38,096 nucleotides of DNA from a virus (Duplodnaviria > Caudoviricetes): IMG/VR virus record IMGVR_UViG_3300037722_000238, positions 1 to 38,096 of that record; one strand, 5' to 3'. The translations under genes were made by a program, and so were the position numbers. Shown here piece after piece: positions 1-7,963 of the stretch. Under the pieces are notes generated by a model, which was not told where the DNA came from, made no database searches, and saw only the letters and a program-made list of their open reading frames with translations. Positions within the stretch are counted from its first letter, which is position 1, and the number at the start of each line of letters is the position of its first letter.

Positions 1-127
1 GGTCCAGGGAGGGTGGATTATATCGTCACTTCGCATCGCTCTCGTCTCCTTCATCGGAGCCTCCCAGCCACTGGTTCACGTCTATCAGCATCCCGAGCAG
101 CACCGCCCGTACCTTCGGATCATGACC
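1..127. repeat. 127-bp exact direct repeat, copy 1 (copy 2 at 36859-36985)
   Basis: ggtccagggagggtgg...ggatcatgacc is identical in both places; the next base differs (t vs g). Confidence 0.95.
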
Positions 128-358
128 TGAGCCGGCACAAGACGGACAGCGCACCTTGTACCCACAGGAACCGCCATCAGGAGTAGGACACGAGTCATCA
201 TGCTCGCCGCTCCCACCGCAACCCTCGCACGCCAGCAGGATCGGGAACAGTTCGTCGGCCATGGACCGAAGATCAGCGTCGGTAACCAGCGGCAGCACGT
301 CCGCCTCGCCCTTACAGCAGATGTCGTGGCACGCTTCACGCAGGTCTTGTCGTCTCAT
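26..358 (-). CDS. Small protein with DnaJ-type CxxCxGxG zinc-finger motifs, allele A
   Basis: CEGCGGSG and CPSCAGSG; paralogous to 36884-37207 with an identical C-terminus. Confidence 0.75.
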   Translation of the reverse strand: MRRQDLREACHDICCKGEADVLPLVTDADLRSMADELFPILLACEGCGGSGEHDDSCPTPDGGSCGYKVRCPSCAGSGHDPKVRAVLLGMLIDVNQWLGGSDEGDESDAK

Positions 359-495
359 CGTCCCTCACCCTCGAACTCGGCTTTCAGCCGCTCATAGTCC
401 TCCTGCCGGATCGGACCATCGGGCAACGGCCCATGCTTCTGCACCGCCCACTGAACGAACTCTGGGTAGCGCAACGCCAAATCTCGCCAAGTCAT
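355..495 (-). CDS. Hypothetical protein, 46 aa (MTWRDLALRYPEF...EFEGEGR)
   Basis: Translated manually; ATGA overlaps with both neighbours; below the ORF-track cutoff. Confidence 0.7.
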   Translation of the reverse strand: MTWRDLALRYPEFVQWAVQKHGPLPDGPIRQEDYERLKAEFEGEGR

Positions 496-677
496 CTCTT
501 CCCCTCACCCTCTACAGCCAGTACATACCGCACGCCGCCAATCTCCACCGTCTCACCGTCGAGCAGAGCGAACAGGGCATCTATGCCTGTTGCCACCAGC
601 GCCTCAACCAGATCGCCGGGCGCTCCGAGATTCAGACGGGCCTCTTTCAGGTCCTGCACCGACGGGTAGACCCTCAT
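492..677 (-). CDS. Hypothetical protein (ends AVEGEGKR)
   Basis: ATGA-coupled to both neighbours. Confidence 0.75.
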   Translation of the reverse strand: MRVYPSVQDLKEARLNLGAPGDLVEALVATGIDALFALLDGETVEIGGVRYVLAVEGEGKR

Positions 678-970
678 TTCCCCTCACCCTCTACAGGAAC
701 CAACACACGCCGCACGCGTTTGCACGCATCGCGATACAGCGGCAGCCCCTTCCGATCGCAGTGCCACTCTCCGTCGCCAATGACATCGCGCCACATAGCA
801 CTTTCATGGCTCTCACACCACCAGACGCGGGGAGCGTCCATGGCCGCGTCGAGTAAATCGCACCACTCGTTGAAAGTGTCTGCTATCTCGTCCCCCCACG
901 GTCCGGTGTCGATGAACCAAGTGCTGAACGCGAATCGCGCTTCTCTCAGTCGGTCCAGATTGACGCTCAT
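674..970 (-). CDS. Hypothetical protein (MSVNLDR...DAPRVWWCE...VPVEGEGK)
   Basis: ATGA-coupled; C-terminal half related to 37434-37700. Confidence 0.75.
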   Translation of the reverse strand: MSVNLDRLREARFAFSTWFIDTGPWGDEIADTFNEWCDLLDAAMDAPRVWWCESHESAMWRDVIGDGEWHCDRKGLPLYRDACKRVRRVLVPVEGEGK

Positions 971-1194
971 GCTTCACCCTCGGCTCGCGCGGCGAAGAAC
1001 TCGTACGTCTCCGACCACTCGTCGCCAGTCACATCCTCTGGGAGCATCCCCGTCGCCGCCTCACAGATCCGCTCGTAGTCGTACTCACCGAAGTCGCCCA
1101 GGTTCTCCCACCCCTCCTCTGCCCACGCTTCAACGGCATGACGTATCAGCCATCTCGCCGCCACGTCCAAATGCCGGTCCAGGTTCACGCTCAT
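967..1194 (-). CDS. Hypothetical acidic protein (MSVNLDRHLD...AEGEA)
   Basis: Start placed at ATG 1194, overlapping the upstream stop and following a GAGGAG RBS. Confidence 0.7.
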   Translation of the reverse strand: MSVNLDRHLDVAARWLIRHAVEAWAEEGWENLGDFGEYDYERICEAATGMLPEDVTGDEWSETYEFFAARAEGEA

Positions 1195-1832
1195 GCTGTC
1201 TCCTCGCTTTTCACAGCGCCCGGCAACGCCGTACCGCACGCTTCACAATGGGATTTGACGATGCGACGGCCGCCACGAACGAACCTCCACGCCGGCACCT
1301 CCACACCCCTCGCCGCACAGCCGCGGATCCCGCATTTCAGTTTCGGAGGCTGCTCATCGCCGACAGCCCGCCGCCACTCCCGCTGCTTCGCCGCCTCAAA
1401 CGCCTGCACCGCCCCATCCAGGCTCTTACGCAAATCCCTCGCCGCACGCCGTGCCCCCGCAGTCGATGCTCCCGGCTGCGGATAGTCGTTGCGGCGGCGA
1501 ACCGTCGGACGGCCATCAGTCCCACCGACCGCAGCACCCGTCAGGGCATGTTCCACATCATGCGCATCCAACAAGGCTCGCGCGACGGACTCGAGGCGGG
1601 TGAAGTCGGCGGTGTTCTTCTCCATCCGTTCCGTCACTACCACAGCACGAGTCGCGCGCAACTCCGCCTCCAGATCGGTGATGTCGTCACGGGCCTTCTG
1701 CAACTGGACCGCCAGCGAAGGCCCAGACAGGCCGGAAGGATGATGATCGATGCAATGCTTCGACTTCGATTTCGGGTTGCCTGACGGGTCCCAGGAGGGA
1801 CGGCGGCAGTCTTTCTCCACGCAGACGCTCAC
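1191..1832 (-). CDS. Hypothetical protein with coiled coil and Cys/His zinc-binding motifs
   Basis: GTG start overlaps the upstream TGA; CxxxxC and CxxC motifs; 3' end duplicated at 37897-38096. Confidence 0.7.
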   Translation of the reverse strand: MSVCVEKDCRRPSWDPSGNPKSKSKHCIDHHPSGLSGPSLAVQLQKARDDITDLEAELRATRAVVVTERMEKNTADFTRLESVARALLDAHDVEHALTGAAVGGTDGRPTVRRRNDYPQPGASTAGARRAARDLRKSLDGAVQAFEAAKQREWRRAVGDEQPPKLKCGIRGCAARGVEVPAWRFVRGGRRIVKSHCEACGTALPGAVKSEETA

Positions 1833-2152
1833 GCTTCCCTCGCTTCGAGGCCGATCTCCGCGGCCTCTTTGGGCCACCATCCCTCAAGGCGCCACGCTGG
1901 CGGCGGGTCATGCCAGATGCGACGATGGGGCCGCCCGTTGATGCGGAGTTTCCGTTGGCGAGCCCGATCTGACAGCGGCTCGTGATGCAGTGATGACCAG
2001 ATCCGCGAATACCCTTCCGCTGACACCTCACGTCGATCCAACTCGACCGTCGACACATGAACCAGCCCGTCCGTCGTGTAGATCATCACTTCGGTCTCGT
2101 CGAACCGTCCCGGCAGGCATTCGAGGAGTTCACGCAGTTCGGCAACGGTCAT
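1829..2152 (-). CDS. Hypothetical protein (MTVAELRELL...EAREA)
   Basis: Coupled to neighbours; MTVAEL N-terminus is common in small phage proteins. Confidence 0.65.
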   Translation of the reverse strand: MTVAELRELLECLPGRFDETEVMIYTTDGLVHVSTVELDRREVSAEGYSRIWSSLHHEPLSDRARQRKLRINGRPHRRIWHDPPPAWRLEGWWPKEAAEIGLEAREA

Positions 2153-2171
2153 GCTTCCCTCGCTTCATCGA
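2149..2171. repeat. 23-bp exact direct repeat (copy at 2805-2827; 17/18-bp partial copy at 1829-1846)
   Basis: tcatgcttccctcgcttcatcga; three consecutive genes all end in EAREA. Confidence 0.95.
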
Positions 2172-2808
2172 GGTACCGCCACTCGATCCGGGTCACTTCA
2201 GTGTCGTAGGTGACGTGAAACCGACGGATGAAAAACAAGACGAAGGTCATGTGATTCCAGTCGTCAGGGAACCCCTCCCGGATCACGTCGTCGTCGGTGA
2301 TAGCGTCGAGGCGCTCCCGGCGAACATCAACCACTTCAACGTCGCAGATCCGGACGATCGGCTCACCCGGTTTACGGCCCCGCACCTTCCGACACAGGGT
2401 CAGCCGGTCGCCGGGTGTGAGGAACTTCCAGCCGAGACGACGGGTCACGGTTTTGCGGCGGTCGCGGACGGCCTGTTCGGTGAGTGCGACAGACATCAGA
2501 CGGCTCATCTGGCACTCCATGTCGGCGCATTCGGCGGGGACCCCGACGTGAGGCGCCTCCCCGTGCTCTCCCACAAAAGTGCACACGACCTCGTGGGGGA
2601 TCGACTGGTCAGGGCGGAAGTGGAATCGCTCGGTGAAGCCCCCAATGCCCGGCCTGATCGTCCGTTCCCCGCAGATCACGTCGACGGGTCGGCGTGGCCG
2701 GTAGGTGAGTTCAACGCCGTTCTCGTCACAGCGCATCCGCTCGTTCACCCTGAGCCATCGGTACAGGGCGTTCGGGTAGGCGTCATGCAGCCAAGATCCG
2801 TCGTTCAT
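2149..2808 (-). CDS. ASCH/PUA-like domain protein with an extra N-terminal region
   Basis: C-terminal half MSVALTEQAVRDRRKTVTRRLGW...PGD...VVDVRRERLDAITDDDVIREGF fits the ASCH motif pattern. Confidence 0.75.
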   Translation of the reverse strand: MNDGSWLHDAYPNALYRWLRVNERMRCDENGVELTYRPRRPVDVICGERTIRPGIGGFTERFHFRPDQSIPHEVVCTFVGEHGEAPHVGVPAECADMECQMSRLMSVALTEQAVRDRRKTVTRRLGWKFLTPGDRLTLCRKVRGRKPGEPIVRICDVEVVDVRRERLDAITDDDVIREGFPDDWNHMTFVLFFIRRFHVTYDTEVTRIEWRYLDEAREA

Positions 2809-3539
2809 GCTTCCCTCGCTTCATCGATGGGACGTCCGATCCCCTCCAACAGCTCCAGGACGTTCGCCGGTGCTCGGCTACGTTTCATCGCCTCATTCCG
2901 CACCTCAGGGGACTTCATCAGCCCCCGGATGTAGCCCTCCCGGTTTCGCACTGGGAAACCGTCCTCTCGGATGCGACGGTCTGCGATCTCCTCAGCGACA
3001 GTCCGGACGGTCCGGTCGAATTCGGCATTCCCCCCCTGGACCCCCCCTATGCCGTTCTCAACAGGATCAGAGGAACCCGCGTCTTGGGGTACGGGAACGG
3101 GTACGGGGTAATCCGAACTTCGGTTCTGGTTCGTGTCGTGTTCGGTCCGAACATCTGCCGAACGAGGCTTCTTCTTCGCTCGCACCTTCGCCATCCGTTC
3201 GCGCGCTTCGGCCCGCTCGGCGTCCTTCTGCTTCCGGGTCGGCTGATAGTCGGCGTAGTCGTGTATCTGCCATCCGTCCGAGGGCTGAGGGCACCGGTTG
3301 CAGTCATGGCCGGGACAGTGCATCAGCTCGACGTCGACGAGGGTCCTAACAAGTGATTGCCGCTTCTTAGGGCCGAACTCAGATCCGATCCGGCTCAAGG
3401 CCACAGCAGGGATGTGCCCATCCGTCTCTCCCCTGTTGGCGAACGCCAACGCCCGAAGGAGGAGCCACATGGCCTCATGGCCGGCGGCCATGACTTTCGG
3501 ATGCTCATCGAAGCGATCATCGATCCTCACCCAAGCCAT
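2805..3539 (-). CDS. Phage replication initiator protein (actinophage RepA-like)
   Basis: N-terminus MAWVRIDDRFDEHPKV...TDGHIP...GWQIHDYADYQPT...R..ARERMA, low-complexity linker and PVPVPVP are typical of actinophage initiators; TGATG overlap with the upstream gene. Confidence 0.8.
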   Translation of the reverse strand: MAWVRIDDRFDEHPKVMAAGHEAMWLLLRALAFANRGETDGHIPAVALSRIGSEFGPKKRQSLVRTLVDVELMHCPGHDCNRCPQPSDGWQIHDYADYQPTRKQKDAERAEARERMAKVRAKKKPRSADVRTEHDTNQNRSSDYPVPVPVPQDAGSSDPVENGIGGVQGGNAEFDRTVRTVAEEIADRRIREDGFPVRNREGYIRGLMKSPEVRNEAMKRSRAPANVLELLEGIGRPIDEAREA

Positions 3540-4207
3540 CAGACCATCGCCTCCTGCACACCCCTGCCCAACAGGATCTCGACCGGCCGGGGGTCGTGTC
3601 GCCACGACGGGAGATCGAGCCGTTGGCGTCGTGTCTCGTCAACGTGACATGGACGGCAGAGGGTCTCGAGGTTCTCCAGGTGGTGGTGACAGCCGTTGCC
3701 GTAGCCGCGGCCTTCGCGTGGGACGATGTGGTTGACCTCCAGCTCATGCTTACCCGGCTGTTGCCACCATGGTCGGGGCCGTCTGTGCTCGGACCGGACG
3801 AGCGCCTTGACCGAATCAGGCAGCCGGTCCGTTGTGGTGCGGATCCGGTTGTAGCGTCGTGAGTCAGCAGCCCACTCCCGCAGGGGCAGGAGGTCCGTCG
3901 GGTCCAGGAGGCCGAGCGCGATAGCCCAATCCTCCTCGCTGGTCGGCGGCGGGTCGAGGTCAAGGTCGTGGTGCTGGATCGTCAGCACCGAATGCGGAAC
4001 ATCGGACCAGCCCACATGGCCGCATCGCACGCACGTCCAGCCGTCACGGCGGAGGGCCGCGGGACGCGCCACCCCCCACGCGTGGTGCCGCCAGTACGTG
4101 TCGGAGCATTCATCGCTGCACCACTTGATCCGGCGCCCCTCCAACTCGGTTCCGCATAGCAGACACGTCCGGGCCTTCGGGCTGCCCTTCACCATCGGGC
4201 AGATCAC
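3539..4207 (-). CDS. HNH endonuclease with N-terminal zinc motif and a long internal insertion
   Basis: CLLCG..WCSDEC; ALRRDGWTCVRCG ... LEVNHIVP...HHLENLETLCRPCH. Confidence 0.85.
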   Translation of the reverse strand: MICPMVKGSPKARTCLLCGTELEGRRIKWCSDECSDTYWRHHAWGVARPAALRRDGWTCVRCGHVGWSDVPHSVLTIQHHDLDLDPPPTSEEDWAIALGLLDPTDLLPLREWAADSRRYNRIRTTTDRLPDSVKALVRSEHRRPRPWWQQPGKHELEVNHIVPREGRGYGNGCHHHLENLETLCRPCHVDETRRQRLDLPSWRHDPRPVEILLGRGVQEAMV

Positions 4208-4665
4208 GCGTCCCCCTTCCGGACGATCTGCCAGCCAGCCGTGTCCAGGTCGTAAAGCAGGGCACGCGACGTGTCGCGCGTGTCAAACGACCAATCGCCG
4301 GGCCAGTTGAACCAGCCGTCCAGCCACTCTCCGATCGTCACCTCAGGGAGGACCATCTCCCAGGCTCCTCCGGCAACGGCGAGGCAGCCGACCAGGTAGG
4401 CGACCGGGTCCATGATCGGGTTGATCCCGTCGCGGGCCAGCTCAGAGGCGTGCTCCACGCCCCCTACCTGCTCGCATATCGCTGCGAGAGCTTCTGACGT
4501 GACCCGAGATCGACGCTGACCACTGTTCCGGCCGTCAGGGACCACACGAACCTTCCGGCCGTCAGGGAAGGCGACCAGATGCGCCGTCTCCTGCCCGTCA
4601 CGCTCCGAATGCAACGTGTACGGGCCGAACGTGCGAAGACTACGGGCATCGGTCTTCCAAGTCAT
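4204..4665 (-). CDS. Hypothetical protein
   Basis: Start placed at MTWKTD (ATGA overlap). Confidence 0.65.
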   Translation of the reverse strand: MTWKTDARSLRTFGPYTLHSERDGQETAHLVAFPDGRKVRVVPDGRNSGQRRSRVTSEALAAICEQVGGVEHASELARDGINPIMDPVAYLVGCLAVAGGAWEMVLPEVTIGEWLDGWFNWPGDWSFDTRDTSRALLYDLDTAGWQIVRKGDA

Positions 4666-4793
4666 CGGTCGCCCCACACAATGACAGCCATGAGAAAGCA
4701 GCCGTAAATAGTGGAAGCCACGTTGCCGGTAATCGAGCCGATAATCGCAAGCACCCCGCCGCAAACCACCACCACTTTGGCACTCCGTTTCAT
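4662..4793 (-). CDS. Small membrane protein, 43 aa
   Basis: Manual translation MKRSAKVVVVCGGVLAIIGSITGNVASTIYGCFLMAVIVWGDR; GGAGG RBS; ATGA overlaps. Confidence 0.6.
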   Translation of the reverse strand: MKRSAKVVVVCGGVLAIIGSITGNVASTIYGCFLMAVIVWGDR

Positions 4794-4939
4794 GCGGCCT
4801 CCTCGCGCGGGACAAGCTCATACCAGCCGCAGCGACCCGTATGCGCCCATCCCTTCAACAGATGCTTCTCGGGGTTGAAGTCGGCGTCCTGTATCCATTT
4901 CCGGTCCCAGTCCTGGCAGACCCACACGACCTCGTTCAC
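4790..4939 (-). CDS. Hypothetical protein, 49 aa
   Basis: Manual translation MNEVVWVCQDWDRKW...VPREEAA; GTGA overlap. Confidence 0.6.
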   Translation of the reverse strand: MNEVVWVCQDWDRKWIQDADFNPEKHLLKGWAHTGRCGWYELVPREEAA

Positions 4940-5379
4940 GCCGACCCTCCCCATTCTTCGACGAGCGCCTCAACCACCGCGTACAAATCCCTCTTGGCGA
5001 TGATCAGCAGCTCGTCAGAACCGTCAGGGACCGCGGCGAACACGAACGGACGCAGGTCTCCTATCGCCCGGTGAGCGTCGGACTGGTTACGTGCCGCCAC
5101 ATACCTGGTGGCGATGGGCTTCACTTGGGCGCCGGACTTGACTTCGACCCGGACTCGAGCTCTCCATGCTTCCTCGTTGCCTTCCCGGCTTTTGAACTGT
5201 TCCGGGGCGAGCCGCAACGCAGTGCGGGCCTGCCGCTGCCCCGCCTTCCCCCTCCGCGAGTTCCGGCTGTTCCGGCATGGCCAGCAGACACAGTCCTTTC
5301 GCGCCTTCCCCGTGTCCGGGCAGATGCGACGGTTACGGGACGTGGCCCTCTCGATCTGACTTTCCTTCGACAGGTCCAT
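4936..5379 (-). CDS. Putative PD-(D/E)XK nuclease, Hjc-type Holliday junction resolvase-like
   Basis: NSRRGKAGQR..A and VEVKSG resemble Hjc-like phage resolvases; located in the recombination/replication module; first catalytic Asp not obvious. Confidence 0.5.
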   Translation of the reverse strand: MDLSKESQIERATSRNRRICPDTGKARKDCVCWPCRNSRNSRRGKAGQRQARTALRLAPEQFKSREGNEEAWRARVRVEVKSGAQVKPIATRYVAARNQSDAHRAIGDLRPFVFAAVPDGSDELLIIAKRDLYAVVEALVEEWGGSA

Positions 5380-5621
5380 CAGGCGCCCCGCTTCCGCCAC
5401 TGGTCAGCCTCCGGGCAGGTCACGAAATGGGCGAGACGATCCCCGGTCCCATCCGACACGACCACCGCCACCGGCTCACCCAACAAGTCCGCATCGATCC
5501 GGATGTTCCCGTTCGGGCTTGGCTTCTCGTTGACCGGTATCGGCTTGCCCCGGGACGACCGGTACCATTGGATGCGGGCCCCGCAGGTTCGGCTACGGCA
5601 GTAGGTGACAGGGACGGTCAT
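5379..5621 (-). CDS. Small zinc-ribbon-like phage protein
   Basis: CRSRTCGARIQW...GKPIPVN..P...GN...HFVTCP, a motif pattern common in phage early regions. Confidence 0.7.
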   Translation of the reverse strand: MTVPVTYCRSRTCGARIQWYRSSRGKPIPVNEKPSPNGNIRIDADLLGEPVAVVVSDGTGDRLAHFVTCPEADQWRKRGA

Positions 5622-5899
5622 GCAGCCACCATCCGCATCTCCAACAACGCCAGACAGACACCCCGCAGCTCCGGATTGTGCGGCAAAGACTTGTTCACCC
5701 GGCGCACCCCGTAGCCGATCGTCGTCTCCGTCCACGGGAACCGGCGGGCCAGTTCCTTAATCTGGATGCCCTGCCAGCAGTGCAAATACCAGAACAAGAC
5801 CTGACGGGCATCAGTCTCCGGATGGCCGTTACGGACGGTCAGGATGCGGTCGGGGGTCGTCTGGTACAGGTCGGCGAGAATGTTGAGCGGGTCCATCAT
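5618..5899 (-). CDS. Stand-alone DnaA C-terminal (domain IV)-like HTH protein
   Basis: ARQVLFWYLH..QGIQIKELARRF..TETTIGYGVRRV parallels the DnaA domain IV pattern RQIAMYL..ELT..SL.EIG..F..RDHTTV.HA.RKI. Confidence 0.65.
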   Translation of the reverse strand: MMDPLNILADLYQTTPDRILTVRNGHPETDARQVLFWYLHCWQGIQIKELARRFPWTETTIGYGVRRVNKSLPHNPELRGVCLALLEMRMVAA

Positions 5900-6084
5900 T
5901 GGTCCCACCATGCGACCGCATCCCACAAGGCGCGACGCTTAGCACGGCGGGTCCACCACGGCCCCGAAATACCGAGCACCCGATCCAACCGGAGCGTCGA
6001 CCACACTTCGAGGAGCCACCAATACGGGTAGGTGAGCCGGTCCAACCAGACAGCACCGGTCGCCGTAGTGCGTTCGTCGACCAT
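5896..6084 (-). CDS. Hypothetical Trp-rich protein
   Basis: Coupled to neighbours. Confidence 0.6.
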   Translation of the reverse strand: MVDERTTATGAVWLDRLTYPYWWLLEVWSTLRLDRVLGISGPWWTRRAKRRALWDAVAWWDQ

Positions 6085-6779
6085 CAGAACGGCGCCTCGT
6101 CCGGTCCCGCCTGGACCCGTTCAGCGAGATGCTTCTTGATCGTCTGGCAGTCCTCTTCAGACAGCGGGTTCTCGAGGCCGAGGGTGCGCATCGCCTCTGT
6201 CACATAGGCGCGTACCGCGTCGAGATCCCCGCCGACCAGCGACGCCACATAGGTGCGGAGCTCTTCGACGTGGGCGGTAGCCTGAGGTTGTGGACGGGAT
6301 ACGTCGGGTGATTGGCCGTCCGGGTCGTCCCCACCCGAGCCGATCTGTAGGAGTTCGGTGAGAAGATATTTGAACGCCATTTGGACGGCCTTCGATGTCG
6401 CCTTGTCGCCGTAGTCGATCGCCTCACCGACCATCGACGCTCCCACTTCGCCGCCTTCGGAGTGGCCGATCAGATAGTCCACGTAGGCCACAGCCCGGAA
6501 TCCGTCGGTTCCCTTCGATGACTTCACTGGCTCAAAGTCCACTCGTTGGACGCGCGGGGCGATCGCCAGGCCGTGCTTCCCGAACAGCTTGCGGCTCTGC
6601 GCCGTGATGTCGTCGATGCTGCGAAAGTCGAAGCCTTGCTGTGTGTTGCGGGACGCCTTCTCGATGCCCGGCAATTCGGCCATCACCGCGGCGATCGCCT
6701 CCCACACACGCCCGCTATTCGGACCGGCGACACTCCAAGTGATGTCGCTCGTTGTTGTGTCGACCGTCGTATCGACCAT
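6084..6779 (-). CDS. erf: ERF-family single-strand annealing protein
   Basis: AIAAVMAELPGIEK..RNTQQGFDFRSIDD...GEAIDYGDKATSKAVQMAFKYLL...DDPDG is the ERF signature. Confidence 0.85.
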   Translation of the reverse strand: MVDTTVDTTTSDITWSVAGPNSGRVWEAIAAVMAELPGIEKASRNTQQGFDFRSIDDITAQSRKLFGKHGLAIAPRVQRVDFEPVKSSKGTDGFRAVAYVDYLIGHSEGGEVGASMVGEAIDYGDKATSKAVQMAFKYLLTELLQIGSGGDDPDGQSPDVSRPQPQATAHVEELRTYVASLVGGDLDAVRAYVTEAMRTLGLENPLSEEDCQTIKKHLAERVQAGPDEAPF

Positions 6780-7300
6780 CAGGACACCTTCCTCATCGTC
6801 TCACCGTCGTTGAGTGCCTGGAGAAACTTCGGCGCCTTGTCGACGGGGATCCGCTCTACTGTCGGGTCGCCCGTCTCCCATTCGAGGAACGTGTCCTCGA
6901 CGGTTGCCACTTCGACGCCCCGCTGCTCACACACCGCCTTCAATCCGCCACGTCGTAGCGTGGTGGATCGGGTGACGGGGACAACGTGATGCCAGTCCGC
7001 ACCGAGCCAGCCGATCAGACCGTCAGGGTCGACCACACGTTGAGAGTTCTTCGGCCGGTACCGGTAGACGACGTCACCGACCCGGGCGGCGCCACCCTCC
7101 CCGAGGAGTCGGGCGACCGCCGCCTCAGTCTGACCCTTCAACCGGTCCACTGTCTGACGGAGCACCAGCAGTTGGCCGAGCAGGCCGTCCAGATCGTCGA
7201 GGGTCATGTCGTCGAGGTCTGCCAACGCCGGGAAGTCTTCGTCCCACATGGCCGACGAGTAGGCGTCGCGTACCAGTTCGAACAGTTGTTCGGTGGTCAC
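6779..7300 (-). CDS. Hypothetical protein in the recombination module
   Basis: 173-aa ORF coupled to erf; N-terminal helical region. Confidence 0.7.
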   Translation of the reverse strand: MTTEQLFELVRDAYSSAMWDEDFPALADLDDMTLDDLDGLLGQLLVLRQTVDRLKGQTEAAVARLLGEGGAARVGDVVYRYRPKNSQRVVDPDGLIGWLGADWHHVVPVTRSTTLRRGGLKAVCEQRGVEVATVEDTFLEWETGDPTVERIPVDKAPKFLQALNDGETMRKVS

Positions 7301-7566
7301 GGGGCACGCTCCATGGCACGTTCCCGGCCAGCGTCGGCTTCGAGGTCCGCACCGAACGGTGCCTCGGCGTACTCCGACGGAGCGTCGAGACTGTCGATGA
7401 TGTGTCCGGCCTCTTCGGCGGTCCGGTCGTAGCCGAGGGAGAGGGCGAGCCGTTGGACGAGGACGGCCAGGTCGCGGAGCGGATCGTCCGTATGGCAGCT
7501 CACGCGGATACCTCGATCAGTTCGACCATAAGGGCCATCCCAGTTACCGGCTGGTCGCTTCACCAC
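7297..7566 (-). CDS. Hypothetical protein
   Basis: Overlaps both neighbours in the operon. Confidence 0.6.
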   Translation of the reverse strand: MVKRPAGNWDGPYGRTDRGIRVSCHTDDPLRDLAVLVQRLALSLGYDRTAEEAGHIIDSLDAPSEYAEAPFGADLEADAGRERAMERAP

Positions 7567-7790
7567 CGGAGAACCTCCTCGGCGACCGTCTCCACAGCCA
7601 TCGTGTGGGTGCGGACGATCGCCCCGTTCTTCATCTGCACTTTGATCGCCTTGACCGTGCCGATCAGGGTGAACGCGAGACGCTCGTCACGGAGTAGCGC
7701 CCGGTCGATGAGTGCGGTACCGGAGAACGTGACGGCGGTCAGGTCCGCGATCTCCCCGTCGACTTGGGCTTCGGGTATCCGGTTCATCAT
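7560..7790 (-). CDS. Hypothetical protein
   Basis: TGATG coupling with the upstream gene. Confidence 0.65.
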   Translation of the reverse strand: MMNRIPEAQVDGEIADLTAVTFSGTALIDRALLRDERLAFTLIGTVKAIKVQMKNGAIVRTHTMAVETVAEEVLRW

Positions 7791-7963
7791 CAGGCCCTCA
7801 CCGGCACGAACCGGCGACCCCGGTCCGCTCCCATTTCGACGGTCGTATGGGCGGACCGTTCACAAACCGGGCAGACCTCGATCCGGTTCTCAGACGCCGA
7901 ATAGGCTCGGCCCACCTGATATGGGGCACCCGGAGGGGTGTCCCGGTCGACAGTGAATCGCAT
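7790..7963 (-). CDS. Small protein with CPVC motif
   Basis: ATG 7963 preceded by a GGAAGGA RBS. Confidence 0.6.
   Translation of the reverse strand: MRFTVDRDTPPGAPYQVGRAYSASENRIEVCPVCERSAHTTVEMGADRGRRFVPVRA

Noticed and set aside
26-358. Diversity-generating retroelement (TR/VR pair with 36884-37207)
   Set aside because: Differences are not adenine-specific, include indels and synonymous changes, and no reverse transcriptase gene is present
1-1390. True terminal redundancy from headful packaging
   Set aside because: The two copies differ in gene content, and the terminase module is of the type normally associated with cos ends
156-1784. 542-aa plus-strand ORF and other long plus-strand ORFs across the window
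   Set aside because: Ser/Arg/Pro-rich antisense shadows of tightly coupled minus-strand genes in high-GC DNA
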